Positions 8,874-18,455 are shown, numbered from the stretch's first letter. The stretch is DNA of 35,139 nt from Armatimonadota bacterium (GCA_037446215.1 JBBIJB010000012.1:1-35139); one strand, 5' to 3'. Made by a program: numbers and translations. The notes: generated by a model from the sequence alone, not told the origin.

Positions 8874-10197
8874 CGGTTGCCTCACCCTCCGTTTCGCCCA
8901 GGTCCCCGCAGCCCGGCTCCGGCCTCCGGTGGAGGGGATCCCCCAGGCCGAACAGCTCCCTAGCCGCGTCGAGCGCGCCCAGATCCGAGCGCGCAGCGGC
9001 GTCCCTCATCCGCACTATCGGCGTGTGCAGGAGCTTCCTGACTGCGGCGTGCACCGCCGCGCTCATCGCGTCCCGCTGCGTCTCCCCTACGTCCTGCAGC
9101 CTGCCGCGCATTCTGTCCGTCTCTGCCTGCACGATAGCATCGGCCCTGGCGCATAGCTGCGCGATCAAGGGGGCCGCCGCGCGGGCCGCCAGCCAATCCT
9201 CGAACCTGGACAGGGACTCATCGACGATCCGTTCTGCAAGGCCGAGCTGCTCGGGCGGGAGCCGTACGGGTGTCCCCTTTGCCGCCAGATGGTCCAGCAC
9301 TCTGAGCGTCACACCCTCGAGGGAGGCGACCTCCGGTGCCACTCCTCGCGGAACCCCGAGGTCGATGACGAGCAGGGGGCGCTCCCTACCGGCCGCGGGC
9401 GCCAGCATCCCCGCGGTGACAACCGGCCTCTGAGACGCGGTGCACACTACCACCAGGTCCACCTCGCCGCTCGCGGAGGTGATCGCGTCGAGCGCGGATG
9501 CCCGTGCATGGACGCGTGCGGCGATCGGCCTCGCCCTATCGGGTGTCCGGTTGGCAACGGCGATCACGCGAGCTCCGGCCGCTGTGAATACCTCTGCGAC
9601 CAGAGAGGCGATCTTTCCGGCGCCGACTATCATCATCGGGCGGCCCGCCACCGACCCAAGCGCGTCTCCGGCCAGGGAAAGGGCGGCCCGGGGCACCGAG
9701 GGAGCGCCTTTGGCGAGCCCGGTCTCCTGGCGGACCCGCCGCCCTGTGACTATGGCCGACTGCATCAGCCGGTTGAGCATCGGCCCTGTGGCTCCGGCAG
9801 AGCGCGCGATGTCAAGCGCCCGGCGGACCTGGCCCAGGATCTGTGGCTCTCCCACGATCATCGAGTCGAGGCCGGAGGCGACCCGGAGCGCCTGGCGCGC
9901 TGCAAAGGAGCCGCCGTGGAAGTAGAGCGCCGGCTCCAGGGCAGATCGCTCCACGCCCCGGGCAGCGCAGAGGAACTCCGTCACTCCATCCGCCGCGGAC
10001 GGTTTGGTAGTCGCAACGTAGAGCTCGGTCCTGTTGCACGTTGAGAGGAGAAACGCCTCCTCCACGCCTGGCAGCCCAAGCACTCCTTCCAGGGCGCAGG
10101 GGATCTCGGCGTCGGAAAACGCCACCCTCTCCCGTAGCTCAAGCGGTGCGGTCCTGTGGTTGAGCCCTACTGCGACCAGGGCTGTCCGATCGCTCAA
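8857..10197 (-). CDS. hemA: Glutamyl-tRNA reductase
   Basis: [14 protein letters not shown], catalytic [40 protein letters not shown] 10197 overlaps the hemB stop (alternative GTG 10221). Confidence 0.94.
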   Translation of the reverse strand: MSDRTALVAVGLNHRTAPLELRERVAFSDAEIPCALEGVLGLPGVEEAFLLSTCNRTELYVATTKPSAADGVTEFLCAARGVERSALEPALYFHGGSFAARQALRVASGLDSMIVGEPQILGQVRRALDIARSAGATGPMLNRLMQSAIVTGRRVRQETGLAKGAPSVPRAALSLAGDALGSVAGRPMMIVGAGKIASLVAEVFTAAGARVIAVANRTPDRARPIAARVHARASALDAITSASGEVDLVVVCTASQRPVVTAGMLAPAAGRERPLLVIDLGVPRGVAPEVASLEGVTLRVLDHLAAKGTPVRLPPEQLGLAERIVDESLSRFEDWLAARAAAPLIAQLCARADAIVQAETDRMRGRLQDVGETQRDAMSAAVHAAVRKLLHTPIVRMRDAAARSDLGALDAARELFGLGDPLHRRPEPGCGDLGETEGEATDGEQS

Positions 10198-11195
10198 CTC
10201 TCCGCTTCCTCCCGCAGCCACCGCGCGGCTTCACCTGCCGCGTAGGTGATGACGATATCCGCTCCTGCGCGCCGGACCGCGGTCAGCGCTTCGAGGAGCG
10301 CCCTGCGCTCCTCGAGCCACCCGCGCTCGGCGGCGGCCTTGATCATCGCGTACTCACCGCTGACGAAATAGGCCGCCAGCGGAAGCCGCACCTCCTGCCT
10401 CGCCGCTCGGATGACGTCGAGGTAGGCGAGCGCCGGCTTCACCATGACAATATCCGCGCCCTCTTCGACGTCGAGATGGATCTCGCGCAGCGCCTCACGG
10501 ACGTTTGCGGGATCCATCTGGTATCCCCGGCGGTCCCCGAATCCCGGCGCCGAGTCCGCGGCGTCGCGAAACGGGCCGTAGAAGGCCGAGGCGTACTTGG
10601 CGGCGTAGGCCATGATCGCCGTATCCGTGTGCCCTGCAGAGTCGAGCCCCTGGCGGATCGCCCCCACTTGGCCGTCCATCATGGCGCTGGGCGCCACCAC
10701 ATCGGCTCCGGCGGCGGCGTGCGAGACGGCAGTCCGTGCGAGCAGTTGCAGGGTAGAGTCGTTGTCTACCTGTCCCTCCTCGATGACTCCGCAGTGACCG
10801 TGGTCGGTGTAGGCGCACAGGCAGACATCGGTCATGACGACGAGCGACGGGCAGTGCCGGCGCAGCAGCCGGACCGCTTCCTGCACAACTCCGTCCTCGA
10901 CGAAGGCACCGCTGCCCAGGGCATCCTTGCTTTCGGGAAGCCCGAAGAGCAGTACCGACCGGACCCCCAGCTCCAGCATGCGGCAGGCCTCGTCGACGAG
11001 CGTGTCGGGGGAGAGCCGTGCCTGTCCGGGCAGCGACCCTATCGGCTCCCGGATGCCCCGGCCCCCGCGCACGAAGAACGGAGCGACGAACTGCTCGGGA
11101 TGCAGCCTGGTCTCCGCAGCGAGCGCTCGCAGGGCACCGCTGCGGCGCATTCTCCTGGGGCGGAGTCTCGGGCTAGACTGTGGCGGACTCTGCAT
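10194..11195 (-). CDS. hemB: Porphobilinogen synthase (Zn-binding type)
   Basis: [72 protein letters not shown] before ATG 11195. Confidence 0.97.
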   Translation of the reverse strand: MQSPPQSSPRLRPRRMRRSGALRALAAETRLHPEQFVAPFFVRGGRGIREPIGSLPGQARLSPDTLVDEACRMLELGVRSVLLFGLPESKDALGSGAFVEDGVVQEAVRLLRRHCPSLVVMTDVCLCAYTDHGHCGVIEEGQVDNDSTLQLLARTAVSHAAAGADVVAPSAMMDGQVGAIRQGLDSAGHTDTAIMAYAAKYASAFYGPFRDAADSAPGFGDRRGYQMDPANVREALREIHLDVEEGADIVMVKPALAYLDVIRAARQEVRLPLAAYFVSGEYAMIKAAAERGWLEERRALLEALTAVRRAGADIVITYAAGEAARWLREEAES

Positions 11196-12000
11196 CTGGA
11201 CCTCCCTCGTCAGCGGCCCCCGGGCCGCCCCGGGCGGCCAGGAGGGCACGCACTATCCCCTGGGCGGTGTGCTCCTCTGCCACCGTGGAAGGCACCAGGC
11301 CCTCCTCGACCGCCGCAGCCGCAGTTACCGGGCCTATGCACGCGATCGTGACCCCGGCGAGCGCCCCGCGCTCCTCGCCGAGCAGGCGCACGAGACCCCG
11401 CGCGGTGGACGCGCTCGTGAGCACGATCGTGTCCGCCCCTTCCTCGCGCAGTGCCCTGTAGAGGCGCTCTTTCGATCTCGTCGGTCCCACGACGGTGCGG
11501 TAGGCGGTGACCTCGTCGACTTCCGCGCCCCGTCCGCGCAACACGTCGGCAAGCTCGGGCCCCGCGGCGTCGGCCCTTGGGAGGAGCGCCCTCTCACCGC
11601 GCTTGATCGGGATCTCGGCCGCGATCACCCGCGTCAGGAACCTCGACGGAACGAACTCCGCGTATATCCCTGCCTTGCAGAGCGCTTCTCGGGTCGCGTC
11701 GCCTATTGCGGCCCAGCGCACGCCTTTGGCGTCGGCGAGGTCGATGCGCAGCGACCTCGCCCTGCCGGCTATCGCCCTCGCTCCGTTGGCGCTGGTCACG
11801 ATCACCCAGTGGTAGTTACCTATCCTCTGAATCCTCTGATCGAGCGGGCCGCCTCGCCGCGGCCAGGCGATCGCGATAGTGGGCACCGCAATCGTCTTCG
11901 CCCCGAGCCGCCTGAGGGCTCTGCTGATGTAGCCGGCCTGCCCGCGCGGTCGCGTTATGATGATCTTGCGCCCGGCCAGCGGGCCTCGCGCGCCGCTCAC
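11173..12000 (-). CDS. hemD: Uroporphyrinogen-III synthase
   Basis: [46 protein letters not shown] overlap with hemC. Confidence 0.92.
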   Translation of the reverse strand: MSGARGPLAGRKIIITRPRGQAGYISRALRRLGAKTIAVPTIAIAWPRRGGPLDQRIQRIGNYHWVIVTSANGARAIAGRARSLRIDLADAKGVRWAAIGDATREALCKAGIYAEFVPSRFLTRVIAAEIPIKRGERALLPRADAAGPELADVLRGRGAEVDEVTAYRTVVGPTRSKERLYRALREEGADTIVLTSASTARGLVRLLGEERGALAGVTIACIGPVTAAAAVEEGLVPSTVAEEHTAQGIVRALLAARGGPGAADEGGPDAESATV

Positions 12001-12905
12001 CTCCGTGCCCCTTCCAGTAGGAGGGCGGCCCCCCGTGCCAGCAGGATCTCGGCAAGCCGTGCGCCCAGCCCTCTCGGATCGTCCGCCGGGCCGCTCGCGC
12101 TCTCACGCAACACCCGGGTTCCCACTGGATCAAGGACCGCGCCCTCGATCTCGATCTCCCCTGGCCCGTACGCGGCCAAGGCGGCTATTGGGCGCTGGCA
12201 ACCGCCGCCCAGGGCCTCCAGCATGCTCCGCTCAGCCACTACCGCTGTCCGGGTGGGATGGTGGTCCACCGTGGAGAACCGATCGATCAGTGCATTATCG
12301 CCTTCCCTACACTGGATCACCACCGCTCCCTGCCCCACCGCGGGCAGCATCAGCGAGCGGTCTATCCGCCGGTGACTGCGGCTAAGAAGGCCGAGCCGGG
12401 CAAGACCGGCCGCCGCCAGGATCAACGCGTCGACCTCGCCCCGATCAAGCTTGCGCAGGCGCGTGTCCACGTTTCCCCGCATGCCCGTCACCACCAGGTC
12501 GGGGCGCGCGGCCAGCACGAAGGCCTTCCGCCGCGGGCTGTCGGTTCCGACGGTCGCGCCCGCGGGCAGCGCCTCGAGCCCGCATCCGTCCCTTGTGACC
12601 AGCACGTCGAACGGATCCTCCCTGGGCAGGAACGCAGCCATCCTCACGCCGGGAGTCGTCTCGCCGGGCAGGTCCTTTGCGCTGTGCACGGCCAGGTCGA
12701 TCCGGCGTTCGATCAGGGCGCCCTCCAGCTCCTTGACGAATGCTCCTATGCCGAGCTCCGAGGAAGGACGGTCCGGATGTCGGTCGCCGTGTGTCCGGAC
12801 CGGTATGATCTCGCAGAGCACTCCTGCGCCTCCGGCTGCCCTGGCCGCTGCGTCGGCCTGCGCGAGCGCCAGGGCGCTGCCTCGTGTCCCGAGGTATGCC
12901 CTCAT
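11997..12905 (-). CDS. hemC: Hydroxymethylbilane synthase (porphobilinogen deaminase)
   Basis: GTRGSALALAQ, FVKELE.AL...IDLAVHSAKDLP, RGNVDTRL.KL, PAVGQGA, cofactor Cys in LGGGCQRPI. Confidence 0.96.
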   Translation of the reverse strand: MRAYLGTRGSALALAQADAAARAAGGAGVLCEIIPVRTHGDRHPDRPSSELGIGAFVKELEGALIERRIDLAVHSAKDLPGETTPGVRMAAFLPREDPFDVLVTRDGCGLEALPAGATVGTDSPRRKAFVLAARPDLVVTGMRGNVDTRLRKLDRGEVDALILAAAGLARLGLLSRSHRRIDRSLMLPAVGQGAVVIQCREGDNALIDRFSTVDHHPTRTAVVAERSMLEALGGGCQRPIAALAAYGPGEIEIEGAVLDPVGTRVLRESASGPADDPRGLGARLAEILLARGAALLLEGARR

Positions 12906-13561
12906 CCAGGGGTGCCCTCAAGCGCCCCCCGGGCCGTACCGACGGGGTCCTCCCAGGCGCGCATGACCTCCAGGAAGACCTCGTCGAGCAGGTCACTGAC
13001 CTCCACGAGGGCTCCGACCTGGTTCTCGTCGAGCATCCCTCCCCTGCCCCTGGGTCTCGTGACCAGATCCAGGAGCAGGTGGCGGAAGAAGGCGAACGCC
13101 TCGGCCGCCTGCGTCATCACGACTCCTTCCCGCTTCAGCTCTATCCCGTAGGCGAGTGCCCGGGCCCTGAGTTCCGCCCGGATCGCGTCTCTCGATTGGG
13201 GAAAGGCGACGAAGCGCGCCACCGAGGAGACGAGGTCCCTGCCGTGATCCCTGGCCTTCGCCCGGAGCTCCTCATTCAAGGCCGAGAACCAGGTGCGGTC
13301 ATGCAGGGGGCGCGCAGGGGCCCGCGAGAGGAGCTTCTTCACCCTCCTCTCGACGAGATCGGCCAGATCTTCTACCCGCGGGACCTCGCGCTGCATCAGC
13401 GCCCGCAGGTCCCTCTCGAGGAAGCGCCGGTGGCCGCCGGGCGTGCGAAAGGTCCTGATCTGGCCCGCGTCGGCCCAATGCCGCAGCGTGGCCTCGTCAA
13501 CCCCCAGCTCGGAGGCGGCCTCTCCCAGGGGCAGCCAGCGATCTCTTCGTGGTTCACCCAT
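12902..13561 (-). CDS. Putative transcription regulator: BldC/excisionase (MerR-like) winged-HTH plus helical C-terminal domain
   Basis: N-terminus LGEAASELGVDEATLRHWADAGQIRTFRTPGGHRRF, then ~150 aa of amphipathic helices. Its stop overlaps the hemC start (ATGA). Confidence 0.85.
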   Translation of the reverse strand: MGEPRRDRWLPLGEAASELGVDEATLRHWADAGQIRTFRTPGGHRRFLERDLRALMQREVPRVEDLADLVERRVKKLLSRAPARPLHDRTWFSALNEELRAKARDHGRDLVSSVARFVAFPQSRDAIRAELRARALAYGIELKREGVVMTQAAEAFAFFRHLLLDLVTRPRGRGGMLDENQVGALVEVSDLLDEVFLEVMRAWEDPVGTARGALEGTPG

Positions 13562-13575
13562 CGGACTTTCAGCCT

Positions 13576-13605
13576 ATTCTATGCAATTCTGCGCAATCCT
13601 GCATT
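13576..13605 (-). repeat. Three phased 10-bp imperfect direct repeats over the putative heme-operon promoter
   Basis: Plus strand ATTCTATGCA / ATTCTGCGCA / ATCCTGCATT. On the minus strand they include a -10-like TAGAAT at 13581-13576. Confidence 0.7.
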
Positions 13606-13809
13606 TCCCTCGTGGCGCTCCAAACGGGCCCAGGGTGGTCCAGCATCCGCTCTGGGGGCTCGACCGTATCTTCTAAGGGGGCCTCCGGTGCGCGTTCTAT
13701 GCATAGTGCATTCGTCCACGTAGGATATCGCCTCTATGACTGCGAATAGTGCGGGACAACGAGTGGTTGAGCTGGCTTCACCTCAAGCGAGCATCCGGGG
13801 GGGATGTAG

Positions 13810-14799
13810 ATGAAGTCGCAGCGCGTGCTCGTTTTCCTGCTCCTGATCTGCTTTGCGCTCGCCGGTGTCCATGCGCAGGCGCAGCCCAGACCAGGCTGGC
13901 CGAGAAGCGTCACGATAGGCTCCGCTTCGATAGGCGGCGTCTACCACGTGGTCGCAGGGGGCTACGCTCGCGTCATAAGCGAGAAGATGGGCCTCGCAGC
14001 GACGAACCGCGTAACCGGGGGGCCCGTCCAGAACGTCCAGCTCGTTCAGACCAAGGAGATAGAGTTGGGCATGACCACCGCCGGTCCGGCCTTCGAGGCC
14101 TACCACGGACTGGGTGACTTCAAGGGCAAGCCGCTCGACTCGATCCGCATAGCGTTCCCGATGTACACCTCCTACGCCCACTGGATCGTCAACGCCGACT
14201 CGCCGGTCAGGTCGGTGGCCGATCTGTCGGGGAGGTCCGCCAGCCTCGGCCCGCGCGGCGGATCCGCGGAGTTCGTAGGCCTCCGGGTCTTCGACCTGTT
14301 CGGCGTGAGGGCTCGCTCGGTCTTCCTCAGCTTCGCGGACGGGGCGACCGCCCTGCGCGACAGGACGGTGGACGCCAACTTCGGTGTGATAGGGCTTCCG
14401 GTGCCGGCCTGGGTGGAGGCGTCGCTGACTCGCCCGATGCGCTTCTTCGGGTTCACCAAGGACCAGATCGACACACTCGCCGAGAAGTTCCCCTATCTCG
14501 CCAGGGCCGCGATCCGAGCCGGCGTCTATCGAGGGCAGGACACGGTCATCCCGACGGTGCAGATGTGGAACGCTGGCGTCGTGCACAAGGACATGCCTGC
14601 GGACTTCGTCTACGAGCTGGTGAAGACGATGTTCGGGAACCGAGAGTTCCTGGAGGCCGTCCACCCGACATCCGCGGAGATGCTCCCGGTGAACATCTTC
14701 TACATCAAGCTCCCGCTGCACCCCGGCGCAGTCAGGTTCTTCAGGGAGCAGAACGTTAGGCTGGCCGATGAGCACATCCCGCCCGAGATGAAGCGGTAG
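13810..14799 (+). CDS. TRAP transporter solute receptor, TAXI family
   Basis: Signal peptide ending AQA, IGSASIGGVYH, TGGPVQNV, SLGPRGG, YELVKTMF, C-terminal PLHPGAVRFFRE. Confidence 0.92.
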   Translation: MKSQRVLVFLLLICFALAGVHAQAQPRPGWPRSVTIGSASIGGVYHVVAGGYARVISEKMGLAATNRVTGGPVQNVQLVQTKEIELGMTTAGPAFEAYHGLGDFKGKPLDSIRIAFPMYTSYAHWIVNADSPVRSVADLSGRSASLGPRGGSAEFVGLRVFDLFGVRARSVFLSFADGATALRDRTVDANFGVIGLPVPAWVEASLTRPMRFFGFTKDQIDTLAEKFPYLARAAIRAGVYRGQDTVIPTVQMWNAGVVHKDMPADFVYELVKTMFGNREFLEAVHPTSAEMLPVNIFYIKLPLHPGAVRFFREQNVRLADEHIPPEMKR

Positions 14800-14822
14800 C
14801 AGCGGCAGGGGAGGTTAGGCGG

Positions 14823-16784
14823 TTGAGCATCCCGGGTTCAGGCCTCCTGGTCGACATAGAGCACGTCGGCGACACCTCCGAGATCCGGACCAGGGCTCTC
14901 GGGGGTGCTCTCCGCCTGCTCGTGCAGTTGACCGCGGTGGCGATGGCCGTATATCACATACTGCAGCTCGGGGGCTTCTTCGGGATCGTTACCGATCCAC
15001 AGAAGCTCTACGCTGTTCACCTGACGTTCATCCTGGTTCTGGCGTTTCTCCTGATCCCGGCTCGCAGGAAGGCGATCGCCTCTCCGACTGCGTTCGATTG
15101 GCTGCTGATCGCGGCCAGCCTGGTCGTCGTGGTCTACCTGTTCGCCGACTTCGTGCCGCTGACTCGGCGGGCCGGGGTGTTTCCGACGCAGTGGGACGTC
15201 GTCGTCGGTACGCTCCTCGCGGCGGCGACGGTCGAGGCGTCGCGACGCTCCACAGGGCTCGCACTGCCCATTCTCAGTTCGCTCTTCATCGCCTACGTCT
15301 TCATCGGCCCCTGGATGCCCGGGCTGCTGGAGCACAAGGGCTTCAGCTTCAACTCGCTGATCTCTTTCCTGTTCAGCGACAACGGGATCTACTCGGTGCC
15401 GATCCAGGTGTCCGCGCGCTACGTCTACCTGTTCATCCTCTTCGGCGCGTTCATCGAAGCCTCCAGCATCGGCAAGTTCATAGTCCACCTGGCCCTGAGC
15501 ATTGCAGGAGGCAGGCGCGGGGGCCCGGCCAAGGTCTCGATAATAACGAGCAGCCTCTTTGGAACCGCGAGCGGCTCCTCGGTGGCCAACGTCATGGTCG
15601 ACGGGGTGATCAACATCCCGCTGATGAAGGCTACCGGATTTCGCGGATCGGTCGCGGGCGGCGTAGAGGCGATGAACAGCACCGGCGGTCAGATCGTCCC
15701 GCCTGTCATGGGCGCAGCCGCTTTTCTAATGGCCGACATCATCGGCGTGCCCTACTCGAAGATCGCTATCGCAGCGATAGGACCGGCGCTGCTCTACTAC
15801 GTGGCCGCCTACTGGATGATCGACCTCTACGCGGCCTCGGCACGCCTCCACGGTCTTCCCAGGGCGCAGCTCCCCCGATTTGGGGACGTCATCTTCCGCC
15901 ACGGCTATCTCCTGCTGCCGATGGTCCTGCTGCTCTACATGATCATGGGCGCCGGGGCCTCGCCGTTCCGCTCTGCGCTGTACGCCCTCGCTGCGACCGT
16001 CCTGCTGTCGTGGCTGCGGGCGGACACCCGCCTCAACCTCCGCAAGATCGTCCGCGCGATGGAAGACGGCGCGAAGCGCACGGTCGAGATAGGAGCCACG
16101 TGTGCTGCGGCGGGAATCATCGTGGGAGTGCTCTCCCTCACCGGCCTTGGCGGGAAGTTCTCCGAGCTGCTGATCAACCTCGCCGGCGGCAACCTGCTCC
16201 TTGCGCTGATCGCGACGATGGTCGTCGCGATCATCCTGGGCATGGGGATGCCCACGACCGCGGCCTACGCGATCGGGGCGAGCGTGCTGGCCCCCGCGCT
16301 GGTCAAGCTGGGCGTGGCCCCGCTGGCCGCGCACATGTTCCTCTTCTACTTCGCGGTGATCTCGGCGGTGACCCCGCCCGTGGCGCTGGCGTCGTTCGCG
16401 GCGGCCAGCCTGGCGAAGGCGCCGATGTGGGATACGGCGATCCAGGCTGTGAAGCTCGGAATAGCCGGCTTCATAGTCCCATACATGTTCGTCTACGGAC
16501 CCGCGCTGCTGGTCGGGACCACTCAGTGGCAGGCGACATTGCTGGCGCTCGCGACCGGTACCATCGGGACGCTGTGTCTGGCTGCGGCCGCCATCGGCTA
16601 CCTCATGAAGCCGGCCACTCTCTTGGAGAGGGCACTCCTCATGGTGGCCGCGCTGACGCTGATCAAGCCCGGCGTAGCGACGGACGTTGTTGGGCTGGGC
16701 CTCCTGGCCCTGGCCCTCGTGATGCAGCGGTTGCGGGCCGCGCCGTCCACGGCCGCGCCCGCCCCCTCGGGCATGGGGCCCTAG
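14823..16784 (+). CDS. TRAP transporter fused 4TM/12TM permease
   Basis: Many TM helices, GGRRGGPAKVS, GTASGSSVANV, STGGQIVPPVMGAAAF.MA, LGMGMPTTAAY, TPPVALAS; SD GGAGG before TTG. Confidence 0.93.
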   Translation: MSIPGSGLLVDIEHVGDTSEIRTRALGGALRLLVQLTAVAMAVYHILQLGGFFGIVTDPQKLYAVHLTFILVLAFLLIPARRKAIASPTAFDWLLIAASLVVVVYLFADFVPLTRRAGVFPTQWDVVVGTLLAAATVEASRRSTGLALPILSSLFIAYVFIGPWMPGLLEHKGFSFNSLISFLFSDNGIYSVPIQVSARYVYLFILFGAFIEASSIGKFIVHLALSIAGGRRGGPAKVSIITSSLFGTASGSSVANVMVDGVINIPLMKATGFRGSVAGGVEAMNSTGGQIVPPVMGAAAFLMADIIGVPYSKIAIAAIGPALLYYVAAYWMIDLYAASARLHGLPRAQLPRFGDVIFRHGYLLLPMVLLLYMIMGAGASPFRSALYALAATVLLSWLRADTRLNLRKIVRAMEDGAKRTVEIGATCAAAGIIVGVLSLTGLGGKFSELLINLAGGNLLLALIATMVVAIILGMGMPTTAAYAIGASVLAPALVKLGVAPLAAHMFLFYFAVISAVTPPVALASFAAASLAKAPMWDTAIQAVKLGIAGFIVPYMFVYGPALLVGTTQWQATLLALATGTIGTLCLAAAAIGYLMKPATLLERALLMVAALTLIKPGVATDVVGLGLLALALVMQRLRAAPSTAAPAPSGMGP

Positions 16785-16907
16785 GCAGGCGGTCGGCCCG
16801 GGCGAACCGCCCGCGGGCCAGAGGCGCGGATCGACCCCTCGCTGCTCCCAACTCCGAAACCGCAGCCCGCGCGGTCGATCTATCCGATGGGGTGACCGCG
16901 GGGAGAG

Positions 16908-18434
16908 ATGCTTGCCACCGTCATGAGCGCCGCGATCGTCGGCCTCGACGCGCTGCCCGTGACCGTCGAGGTTGACGTGGGCAGGGGCCTGCCCAGCTTT
17001 GCGATCGTCGGGCTTCCCGACGCCGCGGTGCAGGAAGCGCGTGAGCGGGTGAGGGCGGCGATCCGCAACTCCTCGTTCGAGCTGCCTCCCCGGAGGACCG
17101 TGGTCAATCTGGCTCCGGGCGACAGGCGCAAGGAAGGCCCGGCGTTCGACCTGCCGATCGCGCTGGCGATCCTGGTCGCAACCGGGCAGCTGTCCCAACA
17201 GGCGGCCAGAGGGCATGTTGCCGTTGGGGAGCTGGCGCTGGATGGCTCGCTTCGGCCCGTTCCGGGCGTCATCGCCGTGGCTCAGGCGACACGGGCCCTC
17301 CGGGCCAGGGGGCTGCTGGTGCCCGAGGCGAACGCGCGCGAGGCAGCGGTGGTGGAGGAGGCCCCGGTATATGCGATGCGCGATCTACATGCCGCCGTCT
17401 CCCATCTCGACGGATCACATCGCATTCCGCCCACCCCGCCCGACCTGCCTTCGGTCCCCGCTGGGGAGGCGGCATCGATCGATCTCGCCGACGTCTGCGG
17501 GCAGCACTGCGCGCGCCGTGCCCTCGAGATCGCGGCGGCGGGCGGCCTCAACATCCTGTTCGTCGGACCGCCCGGGGTCGGCAAGACAATGCTCGCCAGG
17601 CGGCTCCCCACGATCCTGCCGCCGCTCTCGCGCCACGAGGCCATAGAGGTGACCAAGATCCACAGCGTGGCCGGCAGCCTTCCTGCCTGGGGAGGCCTGA
17701 TCCGGCAGAGGCCGTTTCGGGCACCCCACCACGCGGCAAGCGCCGCGGCCATAACCGGCGGGGGTGCTGTCCCTCGACCGGGCGAGGTGACCCTTGCGCA
17801 CCACGGCGTCCTGTTCCTCGATGAGCTCCCGGAGTTCCGACAGGATGTGCTGGACTCCCTTCGGCAGCCCCTCGAGGACGGCACGGTGACGGTCTCGAGG
17901 GCGGCGCAGACGGTGCGCTTCCCCGCGAGGTTCTGCCTGGCCGCGGCGATGAACCCCTGCCCCTGCGGCTTCAGGGGCGACAGCCGCCGGGAGTGCACCT
18001 GCACCCCGGCCCAGGTCCGGCGCTACCTCTCGCGGATCTCCGGCCCGCTACTGGACCGGATAGACCTCCACGTGGAGGTTCCCAGGGCGCCCGCTGCCGA
18101 GCTCCTGTCGCCCTCCGGAGGCGAGCCCTCCTGCGCGGTCCGGGCCCGGGTCGACGCCGCACGCTCGCTGGCCGCCGCACGTCTTGCCTCGATTCCGCGC
18201 CAGCGCTCCATCCCCCGCGGGGCTCTCAGATGGGGGCCCGTGGCCGCAGACGCGCTCGCCTTCCTTCGATCGGCCTGCGACAGGATGATGCTGGGCGGCA
18301 GGGCCTCCGAGCGGGTGCTGAGGGTCGCGCGCGTCATTGCGGATCTCGACTCCTCCGACCTGGTGACCACTGTACACCTGGCCGAGGCGCTGCAGTACAG
18401 GACGCTGGATCGGCGGCCCTCAGGGGCGTGTTGA
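16908..18434 (+). CDS. comM: YifB/ComM family Mg-chelatase-like AAA+ ATPase
   Basis: VGLPDAAVQEARERVR, NLAP...KEG..FDLPIA, Walker A GPPGVGKT, RPFRAPHH, LFLDELPEF, MNPCPCG, SGPLLDRID. Confidence 0.93.
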   Translation: MLATVMSAAIVGLDALPVTVEVDVGRGLPSFAIVGLPDAAVQEARERVRAAIRNSSFELPPRRTVVNLAPGDRRKEGPAFDLPIALAILVATGQLSQQAARGHVAVGELALDGSLRPVPGVIAVAQATRALRARGLLVPEANAREAAVVEEAPVYAMRDLHAAVSHLDGSHRIPPTPPDLPSVPAGEAASIDLADVCGQHCARRALEIAAAGGLNILFVGPPGVGKTMLARRLPTILPPLSRHEAIEVTKIHSVAGSLPAWGGLIRQRPFRAPHHAASAAAITGGGAVPRPGEVTLAHHGVLFLDELPEFRQDVLDSLRQPLEDGTVTVSRAAQTVRFPARFCLAAAMNPCPCGFRGDSRRECTCTPAQVRRYLSRISGPLLDRIDLHVEVPRAPAAELLSPSGGEPSCAVRARVDAARSLAAARLASIPRQRSIPRGALRWGPVAADALAFLRSACDRMMLGGRASERVLRVARVIADLDSSDLVTTVHLAEALQYRTLDRRPSGAC

Positions 18435-18441
18435 CCGCCTG

Positions 18442-18450
18442 TGCTACCTT
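18442..18450 (+). promoter_or_regulatory. Putative extended -10 (TGcTACCTT) just before the dprA ATG; possibly leaderless
   Basis: gtgcTACCTTaggggATG places a TAnnnT hexamer 5 nt upstream of the start codon. Confidence 0.4.
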
Positions 18451-18455
18451 AGGGG

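Noticed and set aside
12902..13561. Excisionase of a prophage/ICE, or a CarH/LitR B12 photoreceptor
   Set aside because: No adjacent integrase or phage genes and no cobalamin-binding Rossmann motif seen; the gene is coupled to hemC.
15098..16975. Long alternative-frame and antisense ORFs (625 aa here; also 10834-12375, 7647-8855, 22768-24012, 24973-26409, 31163-32602, 34179-35138)
   Set aside because: Arg/Gly/Pro-rich or antisense shadows of well-supported genes, expected in high-GC DNA; no recognisable motifs.
16908..18434. ComM as a real Mg-chelatase linked to the tetrapyrrole operon; divergent C-terminal segment as a frameshift
   Set aside because: It has YifB/ComM architecture next to dprA. 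The frame is intact and the conserved RVAR.IADL and EALQYR motifs resume.
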